Positions 27,644 to 37,310 are shown, counted from the stretch's first letter. The stretch: DNA of 64,000 bases from Candidatus Micrarchaeota archaeon (GCA_026413625.1 JAOAKO010000003.1:2507-66506), one strand, 5' to 3'. Notes: generated by a model not told the origin, from the letters alone. Made by a program: numbers and translations.

Positions 27644-28957
27644 ATGGTAGTCCGCTCTCTTCGTGATTCAACTCTGCTTATTGCAGAGGCAAATTCTTTC
27701 TTGGATCGTTTAGAACGACCAAAGACAATGAAAGAAATCGAAACCAATCTGCGTTCGCTTACACATATCAAAGACGAAATGATGGCTGCAGGCTTTAATG
27801 CCACTTTTCCGGAGCTTATGCTTAATCTAAAAGCAGAACTTACGGACGAAGAATTACCTTCAGACATCTCCAAGCAGCTAAGGTCTCTTAGAGAATTTGC
27901 AAACCTTAAGAAATATACTCTTAACAGAGTCAAAATCGCGATTGCATCCCACAATATCCTTTATAATATGTTACAGCGTGGAACTGTATATCCATTTGCC
28001 GAATATCTTCCATACGATGGCCAGTACCTATACGATCTAATTTACCTAGGTGAGCCTGCAATAAGGGCGTATAACGCAATAAATACCATACTTTCACAGA
28101 AGGAAGAAAGCAAAGGGGGAGAGTATACGGTAGTGATATCGATCGATGGAAAGAAGCAAAAAATAAAATTAGATTCGAATCAAAATCTTGGCGAAAGGGT
28201 AAAAAGAGTATATGGAGACGGGGCGACAATATTAAGCATAACCAAGCGCAGCACAGAAAAACCATTGGTTAACGGTAGAAGTAATAGGGTAGCAATTGCT
28301 TCGGCGTATGCCAGACTTGCAACTACAATCGTTTACCCCAAATTCACCAAAGGACCTATATTCACAAATGAGATACATAAAATATATTCTTCAATATTGT
28401 CGAAACATGGTTTATCTTCCGAAACTAGAATAGATCTGATAGAAACGAGAGAAGAACTCGAAGACGAACTTTATTCGAAAAAACTGTTATTTGAGCAAAA
28501 CAATGTGAAAATTTTACATCCTGACGTAGTTCAAGCAATAACAAAGAATAGGAAAAAAGTCAATAGAGAGACAGTCAAAGAAGCAGAAAGACTTCTAAGC
28601 GAGGACATATTCTACTTCTTTATGACTGAATCAAAGAAAACAAGGACAGCCTATCCATTATTCAAGGGAATATCTGGCGAAGTGGACGCAAGGCTATCAT
28701 TTTTGAATAAGTCATTTGCAAAGAATTCGATAGAGATTATAAAAGAAAAGATAACGCTTGAGTCTTTAGTCCCAACTTCGAGCAAAGAGCTCGCTGCAGT
28801 GCTTATGCTTAACTCAGGCAAATCAAAAGAATGGTGCATGCAAAAGTTTAATTTATCAGAAGCAGAGTTGGATGCAGCAAAGTCAAAATTATCTCCTTAC
28901 TTAAAGAACGTATCTTCCCAAGCAAAAGAATTCTTAGATCTGCTAAGGCAGAAATAA
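27644..28957 (+). CDS. hypothetical protein (orphan, 437 aa)
   Basis: This is a long clean ORF with normal composition. No motif is recognised. It appears soluble and mostly helical. Confidence 0.6.
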   Translation: MVVRSLRDSTLLIAEANSFLDRLERPKTMKEIETNLRSLTHIKDEMMAAGFNATFPELMLNLKAELTDEELPSDISKQLRSLREFANLKKYTLNRVKIAIASHNILYNMLQRGTVYPFAEYLPYDGQYLYDLIYLGEPAIRAYNAINTILSQKEESKGGEYTVVISIDGKKQKIKLDSNQNLGERVKRVYGDGATILSITKRSTEKPLVNGRSNRVAIASAYARLATTIVYPKFTKGPIFTNEIHKIYSSILSKHGLSSETRIDLIETREELEDELYSKKLLFEQNNVKILHPDVVQAITKNRKKVNRETVKEAERLLSEDIFYFFMTESKKTRTAYPLFKGISGEVDARLSFLNKSFAKNSIEIIKEKITLESLVPTSSKELAAVLMLNSGKSKEWCMQKFNLSEAELDAAKSKLSPYLKNVSSQAKEFLDLLRQK

Positions 28958-28985
28958 TTTTTTTGTTATTTAGCATATATTCAAA

Positions 28986-29357
28986 GTGGAAGCTATGAAT
29001 GACGATGAGATTATAAAGCGCAAAGTAACGATAAGAGACATAGTCAATATACTTAATCGCCCATATAAAGTAAAGAGAATAAGACTAAGCAAAGGCGCAT
29101 ACAACTTTCTTCCTAAAAAGGCGCTGAACACGCTTAACAAAATGAAAATAAATATAGAAATAATCGAATTGAAAAGAGGACCGGGAGTAAAAGTTGACAG
29201 GGAAAAAATAGCTATGTTGTATAAATCCGATGTAAACGCATATGAGATATCAAGGCGATTAAAAATTCCACTGAGGACTGTTTATTACCATATAAAGCAG
29301 ATAAAAAAAGACGAGAATGGCTATGTGTTAAAGCAAACTCAAGGCAAAGGAATTTAA
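28986..29357 (+). CDS. small DNA-binding protein with resolvase-type C-terminal HTH
   Basis: KRGPGVKVDREKIAMLYKSDVNAYEISRRLKIPLRTVYYHIKQ resembles the RGRPxK + HTH tail of serine-recombinase/HTH_7 proteins. There is no recombinase catalytic domain. The start is GTG at 28986 or ATG at 28995. Confidence 0.6.
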   Translation: MEAMNDDEIIKRKVTIRDIVNILNRPYKVKRIRLSKGAYNFLPKKALNTLNKMKINIEIIELKRGPGVKVDREKIAMLYKSDVNAYEISRRLKIPLRTVYYHIKQIKKDENGYVLKQTQGKGI

Positions 29358-29390
29358 ATTTAGAGCTGTAATAATAATACGCTTCACTTT

Positions 29391-29483
29391 GCCTCGGTAG
29401 CTCAGTTGGTAGAGCGTGTGGCTGTTAATTTTGTGTTTTATGCAGAAACCACAAGGTCGGAAGTTCGAGTCTTCCCCGGGGCG
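29391..29483 (+). tRNA. tRNA-Asn(GTT) with a 20-nt intron (29428-29447) at position 37/38
   Basis: It folds as GCCTCGG-TA-GCTC-AGTTGGTA-GAGC-G-TGTGG-CTGTTA[ATTTTGTGTTTTATGCAGAA]A-CCACA-AGGTC-GGAAG-TTCGAGT-CTTCC-CCGGGGC-G. Confidence 0.85.
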
Positions 29484-29493
29484 CTTTAAATCA

Positions 29494-29988
29494 TTACTCT
29501 TTTTCGATGTTGACAATATCCCCAGTCGATATATTAAATTTTGAGGAGAAATTTTGATTAACTTCAAGCGCATATTTGATTTTGCTTTTTGGAGAGTATA
29601 TTTTGCAATTGAAGTAGCCGGGTTGGCAAGGATCCATTTTTGTTATCTCAGTAACTATAAAATTGGAATCGATGAACATTACTTCTAGAGGTATTAGCGT
29701 GTCCTTCATCCAGAATGAATGATATCCTTCGCTTTCAAAAATAAATAGCATGCCTTCGTTTATTCCAAGTGAAGTTGTATTCATCAATCCCGTTTCTCTT
29801 TTTTCTGGCGTCGCAGCAACCTTCGCGTATATTGTTGCGTTTTTAATTTTTATGACTACTGTATCCTTTTCAAATGCGTAACTCAGATCTTTATTAGAAG
29901 ACCCGTGGTTTTCATAATTAACTAAAATAACTACTAGCGCTAACGCGAAGAATAAAATGGCAACATGGAGCCTTTTGACTTTAAACAT
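29494..29988 (-). CDS. DUF192-family secreted protein
   Basis: N-terminal signal/TM. GLMNTTSLGINEGMLFIFESEGYHSFWMKDTLIPLEVMFID matches the DUF192 (COG1430) core. Confidence 0.75.
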   Translation of the reverse strand: MFKVKRLHVAILFFALALVVILVNYENHGSSNKDLSYAFEKDTVVIKIKNATIYAKVAATPEKRETGLMNTTSLGINEGMLFIFESEGYHSFWMKDTLIPLEVMFIDSNFIVTEITKMDPCQPGYFNCKIYSPKSKIKYALEVNQNFSSKFNISTGDIVNIEKE

Positions 29989-29992
29989 TCTC

Positions 29993-31531
29993 TTATTCCA
30001 CCTTTCCGATTATCAATTTTTGTAATTCTATCGGAGGTATCGCCTTTGCCATCTCTATAGCAAATGAAAGCTTTGCTTCGCTTTCAGATACGATTTCAAA
30101 CAACGTATCTCCAGTGTTAACTTTATCTCCCATTTCACAATGCAGTACGATTCCAGCGCCCTTGTCTTTTGGCGCCCCAGCGACTCTGGCAATTTTATTT
30201 ATATATCTATTGTCAACGTGCGAAACCCTTCCGCTTTTCTCTGCTTTTACCTCGTATCTGTATTTTCCAATCGGTATGTCGTCTTCTTTAATATTCGGAT
30301 TTCCACCTTGCGCTTCTATTATCTCTTTGAACTTTTCATACGCCTTTCCGCTTTTTACTATGTTGAAGGCGTATTCTGCACCTTTTCCAGTAGGCGCCTT
30401 TCCGAGCATTTCCAATATACTTCCAGCCATAAGGCAACTTTTTTCTCTCAGCTCTTCCCCATCTTTCATTTTAAGCGCTTTTAATACCTCCAGGCATTCG
30501 AGCCCTGGCCCTATTCCTGAACCTATCGGATCTGACCCGTCTGTGATCAGGCATCTTGTTTTAATTCCCAATTGCTCGCTCACCTGCAGAAAGTCATTTG
30601 CAAGCAATTTTCCTTCAGCTTCGTTTTCAACCTTTGCACCCCTTCCTACCGGAATATCCACAATCAGGTATTCAGCACCGACTGCCTTTTTCTTTCCAAG
30701 TATAGATGCGAGAAGGAGTCCTTTAGGATCCAAATGGAGAGAGTTTCTTATTCTTATAAGCTTGTCATCGACCGGCGCAAGATTTATCGCTCCGCCCCAA
30801 GCGATACACCCCTTTGTTTTTAAGACAACTTGTCTCAACTCGTCTATAGGCAAAACTATGGGTGCGAACACTTCAAATGTATCAGCAGTCCCAGAAGCTG
30901 AGGATATTGCACGAGAGGAAGTTTTTGGTATGTACACCCCTGCTGCAGCAAGAATCGGCACGATTAACATGGTTGTTCTGTTTCCAGCAACACCTCCAAT
31001 GCAGTGCTTATCGGCTATAGGATGTACGTTCAAGTCAAGAGTCACACCTGTACTTACCATTGATTTTGCCAATGCGACAGTTTCCCCTATACCGAATCCA
31101 TTTATATACGCTGCCGCAATAAATGAAGCCAATTCCCCTTCGTTTAGTCGGTTTTCAACAGTTTCTTTCACAATAGTGTATATTTCATTTTCACTTAGAA
31201 CTTCCCTGTCCATTTTTCTTTTTATGTACTCAAGCGATTTTGGAACAGGAATATGTTGTATTTCGACCAAATCGCCATCTTTAACTTTAAGCTGTTTAGC
31301 AATGTCTTTATAAATCGCAACCTCGCCTTTATCAACCATTGTCTTTGAAGTGTCAATTATTGCAATCGCTTCTTTTTCCTTGTGCTTCATGCTTACTCTA
31401 TCTGATATGTATATGTCGTTATAAGTCGCCTCTTCTTCATTAAGAATTGCGATATTCTTTCCAGCTTCAATGTCAAGTATCCTTACCCTGAATTTATGGA
31501 TTCTATGCGGAATTTCCTTACCATTCTTCAT
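29993..31531 (-). CDS. deoA: AMP phosphorylase (thymidine phosphorylase family with N-terminal extension)
   Basis: 512 aa. DKHCIGGVAGNRTTMLIVPILAAAG corresponds to the DKHSTGG phosphate loop. The extra ~90-aa N-terminal domain is typical of archaeal AMPpase. Confidence 0.85.
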   Translation of the reverse strand: MKNGKEIPHRIHKFRVRILDIEAGKNIAILNEEEATYNDIYISDRVSMKHKEKEAIAIIDTSKTMVDKGEVAIYKDIAKQLKVKDGDLVEIQHIPVPKSLEYIKRKMDREVLSENEIYTIVKETVENRLNEGELASFIAAAYINGFGIGETVALAKSMVSTGVTLDLNVHPIADKHCIGGVAGNRTTMLIVPILAAAGVYIPKTSSRAISSASGTADTFEVFAPIVLPIDELRQVVLKTKGCIAWGGAINLAPVDDKLIRIRNSLHLDPKGLLLASILGKKKAVGAEYLIVDIPVGRGAKVENEAEGKLLANDFLQVSEQLGIKTRCLITDGSDPIGSGIGPGLECLEVLKALKMKDGEELREKSCLMAGSILEMLGKAPTGKGAEYAFNIVKSGKAYEKFKEIIEAQGGNPNIKEDDIPIGKYRYEVKAEKSGRVSHVDNRYINKIARVAGAPKDKGAGIVLHCEMGDKVNTGDTLFEIVSESEAKLSFAIEMAKAIPPIELQKLIIGKVE

Positions 31532-31539
31532 GTTTTCAC

Positions 31540-32445
31540 CTACTGATTGCTAAGATATTTCTCAACTGCGGTCATAACATTTTGTGGAGGTATTATTCCG
31601 ATTTCTGTTATGTACGCGCGGATATATTGTGGAAGAGTGACGTCAAAAGCGGGATTTATCACTTTTAAACCCTTAATTGGCTTAGGAAGCACTTCTTTTG
31701 GATCTCGCATTTCGATTTCAGTCATTTTTCCGAATTTAGTTAACGGATCAAACTTGTATATCTGTGTAGCAGAGTAAAATGGAATTTTCATATCATTCGC
31801 AACCGTTGCGATTGTCGAAGTTCCAATTTTGTTGTACAGCGATCCGTCAGTTGCGATAGCATCCGCGCCCACCATCACCAAATCTACGTCTTTCATGATG
31901 TATTTTACTGCCGAATCCACTATCATAGTTACATCTACCTTTGCTGAAGCAAGTTCTTTGGCAGTTTTATGTCCTTGGTATAAGGGACGGGTTTCAGTAC
32001 AATATACTTTAATTTTCTTTTTCTTACTTGCTCTGACGAGTATGCTATTTACTGTCGTACTGTGGCAGTGAGTAAGAATAGTTTGGCCGTCCCAAATAAG
32101 TTCGGACCCATATTCAGTTATTTTAAGAAACGCATCTGTAAACTGCTTATCGTATATCTTCATTGTTTCTTCAGCTAATTTTTTAATCTCTTCTACGTCC
32201 CTTCCATGCTCAAGCTTCGCGAAAAAGAATCTAAGCGTGTTTCTTGCCATTGGTTCAGTCGGTCTCAACGAAAGAAGGTTTTGACTCGCGTGCTCAATCT
32301 CTCTAAGAATCTCTTCCTTGGTTTTTGCCTTACTTTTCTTTATACTAAGTACCAGTGCTTTTGCAGTTGCAGCGGCAACTCTTCTTGCCCCCTGAATCTT
32401 CAGAGTTTTAATGTGATGCATTATCTTTTTTACTTCTTTTACCAT
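31540..32445 (-). CDS. eIF-2B alpha/beta/delta-like protein, probably ribose-1,5-bisphosphate isomerase
   Basis: VGADAIATDGSLYNKIGTSTIATVANDMKIPFYSATQIYKFD is the e2b2 family core. The functional call rests on adjacency to AMP phosphorylase. Confidence 0.75.
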   Translation of the reverse strand: MVKEVKKIMHHIKTLKIQGARRVAAATAKALVLSIKKSKAKTKEEILREIEHASQNLLSLRPTEPMARNTLRFFFAKLEHGRDVEEIKKLAEETMKIYDKQFTDAFLKITEYGSELIWDGQTILTHCHSTTVNSILVRASKKKKIKVYCTETRPLYQGHKTAKELASAKVDVTMIVDSAVKYIMKDVDLVMVGADAIATDGSLYNKIGTSTIATVANDMKIPFYSATQIYKFDPLTKFGKMTEIEMRDPKEVLPKPIKGLKVINPAFDVTLPQYIRAYITEIGIIPPQNVMTAVEKYLSNQ

Positions 32446-32574
32446 ATTCTTATTTTTTTAAGATATAATTATAAATATTTTCAATTATACCTGCTAAAAA
32501 CGAAGCTTTAAAATTTAGACGCATAAATAATAAATATACTATATGGCAATTAATCATCAGCATCTTGTGATTTT

Positions 32575-33711
32575 ATGGCAGATTCTCTTAAGCAGATTGT
32601 TGATCTTCCGTTGAGGGGCGAAGTAAAACTTGAAAATTTTGATGAGCTTACAGAAGACGACAAAGAGCTTCTTAAGTTTTATGAATCTACAAAGCCGAAA
32701 ATATACGTCTTAGGTATGGGTGGAAGCGGCAGCAATACTGTGAATCGCCTTTCTCAAATCGGTATCAAGGGCTCGACAATCGTTGCGATGAATACCGATG
32801 TTCAACATTTGTTGCACGTTAAGGCAGATAAGAAACTTCTTCTAGGCAAGACGACAACGAGAGGAATTGGTGCTGGAAGCGATCCTGAAGTCGGCGAGGC
32901 AGCAGCAAACGAATCTCTTGAAGACATCAAAAAGATAATTTCAGACGCATCGCTTGTCTTTATAACTTGCGGATTGGGTGGGGGAACAGGAACAGGTTCC
33001 GCACCTGTTGCCGCAAAGGTAGCAAAAGAGTTGGGGGCGCTTGTCGTGGCAGTTGTTACATTGCCGTTTACTTCTGAGGGGGAAAAAAGACGGCAAAACG
33101 CCATGAAAGGGTTGGAAAAATTGCGAAGATCAGTCGATACCATGATTGTAATTCCTAATGATAAGCTACTTGCAGTGGTTCCCGATCTTCCGCTTGACGC
33201 TGCATTCAGAGTTTCCGATGAAGTTCTTGCCAAATCAGTAAAAGGAATAGCTGAATTGATTACAGTTTCAGGTCTCATTAATCTTGATCTTGCGGATTTG
33301 AAAACCATACTTAAAGACGGTGGCTATGCTATGATCGGAGTAGGCGAGTCGAGCGTAGATTCTTCTTATGATGAAAGAGCGCTACTCGCGGCAAGCACAG
33401 CGCTTAAAAGTCCTCTTCTTGATGTCGACATCTCGACTTCAAACCGCGCAATAATAAACGTAGTCGGAGGCGAAGATATGACATTAAGGGAGGCAGAACT
33501 CATAGCGAGGGAAGTCTCTAAGCAGATCGCAAAAGATTCGCACATTATATGGGGGGCAAGAGTTGACAAATCAATGAAGAGATCGCAAATACAGGTGCTT
33601 GTGGTGTTAGTTGGAGTTAGCGCAGGAGATATTGAGAAAAAACCGGTAGCTGCAAAGATAGCGGAAGAACTTGAAGAAGTAAATTTAGACGACTTAGACT
33701 TAGCTGTGTAG
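32575..33711 (+). CDS. ftsZ: cell division GTPase FtsZ
   Basis: GMGGSGSNTVNRL, the tubulin signature GLGGGTGTGSAPV and NTDVQHL are present. Confidence 0.93.
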   Translation: MADSLKQIVDLPLRGEVKLENFDELTEDDKELLKFYESTKPKIYVLGMGGSGSNTVNRLSQIGIKGSTIVAMNTDVQHLLHVKADKKLLLGKTTTRGIGAGSDPEVGEAAANESLEDIKKIISDASLVFITCGLGGGTGTGSAPVAAKVAKELGALVVAVVTLPFTSEGEKRRQNAMKGLEKLRRSVDTMIVIPNDKLLAVVPDLPLDAAFRVSDEVLAKSVKGIAELITVSGLINLDLADLKTILKDGGYAMIGVGESSVDSSYDERALLAASTALKSPLLDVDISTSNRAIINVVGGEDMTLREAELIAREVSKQIAKDSHIIWGARVDKSMKRSQIQVLVVLVGVSAGDIEKKPVAAKIAEELEEVNLDDLDLAV

Positions 33712-33825
33712 GATATTTGCTATATGCGCATATTTTTATTTCTTTTTATAGTATATATAATATTCTTAGACTACTTGTCAGATAATCCAATGATTATAAA
33801 CCATCATACATTTTAAGGTGTTAGC

Positions 33826-34011
33826 ATGTCAATTATAAAAGGTTTAAAAGAATTTTATGATAAAGCAGTCTATGTATGGAGAGCTAGCGAGAAACCATCA
33901 CAGAAAGAAATAAATACCAATTTAAGAATCGTTCTCCTTGGAATTTTAGTGCTTGGAGTAATTGGTTTTATCATATCCATAATATTCGGTTTCTTGCACT
34001 TTTCGCAATAA
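33826..34011 (+). CDS. secE: preprotein translocase subunit SecE (Sec61-gamma)
   Basis: 61 aa. LKEFYDKAVYVWRASEKPSQKEI is followed by a single TM helix. It lies upstream of spt5-L11, the conserved order. Confidence 0.7.
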   Translation: MSIIKGLKEFYDKAVYVWRASEKPSQKEINTNLRIVLLGILVLGVIGFIISIIFGFLHFSQ

Positions 34012-34022
34012 ACGGTGGAATT

Positions 34023-34469
34023 ATGATATTTGCATATAGAGTTACGTCTGGCCAAGAGCACATAGTTCTCGAAATGCTTACTCACAAGGCCGAAAAGATG
34101 AAGGATTCGATCGGTGCGATATTCAGATTTCCAGAAGTTAAAGGATACATATTCATAGAGGCATCAGACATTTCTTCTGCAAAATCAATTTCGCAGGGCA
34201 TCAGGCATATAAAAGGAATGATTTCAAAGCCTGTTGACTTTGCAGAAATGGCAAAGCTTGTAGAAGAAGGGGTGCAGTCTGTAAAGCTAGGAAAAGGCGA
34301 TATAATCGAGTTTACAAGCGGACCATTCAAGGGAGAAAGAGGAAAGATAATGAGAATAGACGAAGCAAAAGATACTATTACAGTTGAACTTATCGATGTT
34401 GCAGTTTCAGTTCCAGTAACTGCTAAAATCAGTACGGTTAAAATAATTCAAAAAGCAGAAGAGGATTAA
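34023..34469 (+). CDS. spt5: transcription elongation factor Spt5 (NusG)
   Basis: The NGN domain has IFAYRVTSGQEHIV. The KOW motif is GDIIEFTSGPFKGERGKIMRID. Confidence 0.88.
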   Translation: MIFAYRVTSGQEHIVLEMLTHKAEKMKDSIGAIFRFPEVKGYIFIEASDISSAKSISQGIRHIKGMISKPVDFAEMAKLVEEGVQSVKLGKGDIIEFTSGPFKGERGKIMRIDEAKDTITVELIDVAVSVPVTAKISTVKIIQKAEED

Positions 34470-34519
34470 TAATGATGCAGACGATGGCTTAATCTAGCAG
34501 ATAAAATATAGGTGAGTAT

Positions 34520-35008
34520 ATGGCAGAAATTACAGTGTCGCTTTTGGTGGAAGGCGGGAAGGCTTCAGGAGGACCACCTTTAGCAACTTCAATAGGACCG
34601 CTCGGTATAAATGTAAATAACATCGTAAAAGAAATAAATGACAAGACAAAAGACTTTGCAGGGGTTACAGTTCCTGTTAAAGTCACAGTCAATAAAGAAA
34701 CAAAAACCTACAAAATTGAGATCGGAATGCCAGCTGTTGCATCTTTAATTAAGAAAGAAATCGGGATTGAAAAAGGTGCAAAGGCAGAGCCAGGTCAAAA
34801 ACCAGCACCGGTTGGAGACATCTCTTTTGAGAAGGTAGTAAAAATTGCAAAAATAAAGATCGGATCTACAAATGCAACTGAGCTCAAGTCTGCCGTTCTT
34901 TCAGTATTGGGAACTTGCTTAAGTGTCGGCGTGACATGTGAAGGGCAGGATCCAAGAGTGATAATAAAGAAAGTCAAAAAAGGCGAGTACGATTCAAATA
35001 TTAAGTGA
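34520..35008 (+). CDS. rpl11: 50S ribosomal protein L11
   Basis: GGKASGGPPLATSIGPLGINVNNIVKEINDKT is the uL11 N-terminal domain. Confidence 0.92.
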   Translation: MAEITVSLLVEGGKASGGPPLATSIGPLGINVNNIVKEINDKTKDFAGVTVPVKVTVNKETKTYKIEIGMPAVASLIKKEIGIEKGAKAEPGQKPAPVGDISFEKVVKIAKIKIGSTNATELKSAVLSVLGTCLSVGVTCEGQDPRVIIKKVKKGEYDSNIK

Positions 35009-35013
35009 GTTTA

Positions 35014-36711
35014 ATGGCATTTGTTTCGCATCAAAAAAGCGCTAAAATATTGAGTCGTTCTGCGTATAGATTTGGTTTATTTTTTATTTTTGTCTTATTT
35101 TTTTCTTATTTCACTATTTCATTTCCTGTAGATATTAAATGGAGGGTTCAGACAAATTCCACTTCAACACAACCAGCATTGTCAAAAGATTATGTTTTTA
35201 CAGTTTCTGATTTCGGCGTAGTAACTGCTTTAAATAAAATGACAGGTGCAAAGGTTTGGGAAATAGAAATAAAAAATAAGGTTTCGTATGGTCCAACATT
35301 TGCATCAAATCTACTGTTTGTCCCTACAGAAAATCAATTAATTGCAATAACGAGCGAAGGAAGGATCTTAGGCAATATTTCATTTAACTCTACAATCTCA
35401 GCGCCAGTCTTAGATACAGGTTCAAATCTGGTTGTAATCACCAAAGAAGGAATCATTTATGTGCTTTCGTATCCTCAGAACAACCTAACAAATCGAAACA
35501 TAATCAGAAGCTTTAAATTGGATGGAGAAATAGACTCTTCTTTCGTGATAAGCGGCAATAAAATTTATGTATCCACTGTTGGGGGTAAGTTGTATTCGAT
35601 CGATCCGACTTCTTCGGCAATTCTACTTTATGATATAGGTTATTCAGTTTGGAGATCGAAACTTGCAATAACAAATAACAGCATTTACATTCCTGTAGAA
35701 CACTCAATTTATGTAGTTGATGTTCAAGGCAGACTTTTCCTCACAAAAAAGATTTCTGAAGGAAATCTTAATTCATTATCCACTGACGGAGAAAGACTTT
35801 ATATTGGTTCAGATGACGGAAATCTTTACGCATTAAATTTAGACGGATCTGTCATCTGGAAATTTACGACAAACAATTCAATTAAATCAGTTCCAATTGT
35901 TATGCAAAATTCGATAATAGTATCATCTAGAGATAATAATATTTATAGCATAAGCAAGGACGGACGCTTGCTTTGGAAGCTGTCTTTTTCAGATTGGCCA
36001 GGCCAGATTGTAGAAGATAAGGGAATGTTATACCTGTCCTCATATGATGGAATCGTTTATGCGATATCTCTTATGTCCTGCAGAATAACAAATCCAGCAT
36101 CGAACTCGTCAGTTCTTCCATTGTTTGCCATTGCAGGTGATGCTTATTCCGAAAATGGAATAAAATCAGTTGAAGTAAGAACGCTACCTGGAGATTGGCA
36201 AACCGTTTCGCTACATGGTTCTTGGCCAAACATCGCTTGGTCCGGAAATATGCAGATAACTGGTTTTTCAGAAGGAGAGATACAAGTACAATGCAGGGTG
36301 ATAGATAATAACCATAATCAGGAGCAAGCTCCTTACTATACCTCCAGTTATAACTTCGTATTTTCATCAGAAAAGCTTCCAAAAATAAATATCTCATATC
36401 CTAAGCAAGTAAATGTAAATCAACCTTTTTCTATCAGGTTCTTCACTGAAGATGGCGCTATACTCACTGATCTTACAGTTAAGGTAAGCGGCCAAACTTT
36501 TAAGGTAACAGATAAATCGGGTCAGTTTACTTATACTCCAACTACCGAGGGAAACTTAGTAATCTATATCGAGAAAGGGGGATATCAGCAGAGGCAGATA
36601 GAAATTAAAGTTACAAAACCTCTAATACAGCCGATTTATGTTGTAATAATATTTGTAATAGGGATCGCAGTCGTCATTTATACTTCAATAAGGAAAGGAA
36701 CTTGGAGATGA
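35014..36711 (+). CDS. PQQ-like beta-propeller repeat surface protein with C-terminal TM anchor
   Basis: It has an N-terminal TM/signal. Repeated blades read G..W.F (GAKVWEIE, DGSVIWKFTT, DGRLLWKLSF) with DGNLYAL and DGIVYAI. An Ig-like region follows, and the C-terminal TM is IYVVIIFVIGIAVVIYT. An alternative GTG start at 35005 overlaps the L11 stop. Confidence 0.75.
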   Translation: MAFVSHQKSAKILSRSAYRFGLFFIFVLFFSYFTISFPVDIKWRVQTNSTSTQPALSKDYVFTVSDFGVVTALNKMTGAKVWEIEIKNKVSYGPTFASNLLFVPTENQLIAITSEGRILGNISFNSTISAPVLDTGSNLVVITKEGIIYVLSYPQNNLTNRNIIRSFKLDGEIDSSFVISGNKIYVSTVGGKLYSIDPTSSAILLYDIGYSVWRSKLAITNNSIYIPVEHSIYVVDVQGRLFLTKKISEGNLNSLSTDGERLYIGSDDGNLYALNLDGSVIWKFTTNNSIKSVPIVMQNSIIVSSRDNNIYSISKDGRLLWKLSFSDWPGQIVEDKGMLYLSSYDGIVYAISLMSCRITNPASNSSVLPLFAIAGDAYSENGIKSVEVRTLPGDWQTVSLHGSWPNIAWSGNMQITGFSEGEIQVQCRVIDNNHNQEQAPYYTSSYNFVFSSEKLPKINISYPKQVNVNQPFSIRFFTEDGAILTDLTVKVSGQTFKVTDKSGQFTYTPTTEGNLVIYIEKGGYQQRQIEIKVTKPLIQPIYVVIIFVIGIAVVIYTSIRKGTWR

Positions 36712-37306
36712 ATTCTGACTTGACCCATTTTTCATTTATTTTGTGAACAATTCCCTTTTCATTACCTGTTTTCCATACGATAAAACTTACTATTAACGTT
36801 AAAGCAATAGTAATAAACGCAATAACCTCAATTTTTTCATGAGGCATTACTGGATGGGTTCCAATTAAATAATCAGCGGCATCATTAAGCAAATAAAACA
36901 CCAGGATTAAAATTAGCTCGCTTCCCTCCATTTTCTTACCAATCAATAAAAATCCTTCTAAAAACAGCCCAAGATGTGCAAGAAATAGAATCGAATATGT
37001 AATAAAATCAGAGCCTAAAAAGAATTCATAGTAGAAAAGAATCACAAACATAGTCCATAATCCATACTTTATTGAGCCAACGGCTGCAAAATTTCTTAGG
37101 TTTTTAAAGGTGTTCAGATTATTTTCTATGCTTAGATCTAGAAATATCAGCCCGACTAATAAAGCTTGTAAAGGACAATCAATTATCAATATCCAAAATA
37201 TAGGTTCCCATTTTTCCAACACGTCTGAATAGTAGTAAACACCATATAGAAAACCGATGAAGTTTACAACCGCAAATAAAAATATCAAATTTTTTACATC
37301 TTTCAT
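36674..37306 (-). CDS. polytopic membrane protein (DUF1405-like)
   Basis: 210 aa with ~6 TM helices. NFIGFLYGVYYYSDVLEKWEPIFWILIIDCPLQALL resembles the DUF1405 family as I recall it. The 3' end converges on and overlaps the previous gene by 38 nt. Confidence 0.55.
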   Translation of the reverse strand: MKDVKNLIFLFAVVNFIGFLYGVYYYSDVLEKWEPIFWILIIDCPLQALLVGLIFLDLSIENNLNTFKNLRNFAAVGSIKYGLWTMFVILFYYEFFLGSDFITYSILFLAHLGLFLEGFLLIGKKMEGSELILILVFYLLNDAADYLIGTHPVMPHEKIEVIAFITIALTLIVSFIVWKTGNEKGIVHKINEKWVKSEFISKFLSLLKYK

Positions 37307-37310
37307 CCAT

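Noticed and set aside
29328-29573. 81-aa minus-strand ORF
   Set aside because: It overlaps the whole tRNA-Asn gene and the 3' end of the DUF192 gene, so it is not credible as coding.
27437-29988. Integrated mobile element at tRNA-Asn
   Set aside because: No integrase or recombinase catalytic domain is present. I could spot no direct repeat of the tRNA 3' end. The orphan genes lie 5' of the tRNA, and the genes 3' of it are ordinary metabolic genes.
30114-31313. 399-aa plus-strand ORF (and the 114-aa and 83-aa ORFs nearby)
   Set aside because: It lies entirely antisense to the strongly conserved AMP phosphorylase gene. Its translation is Ser/Pro/Phe-rich low-complexity sequence with no motifs. 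This is a typical shadow ORF of an AT-rich gene.
32802-33569. 168-aa and 67-aa minus-strand ORFs
   Set aside because: They are antisense to ftsZ. Their composition is Ser/Ala/Thr-rich, mirroring the Gly/Ala-rich FtsZ coding strand.
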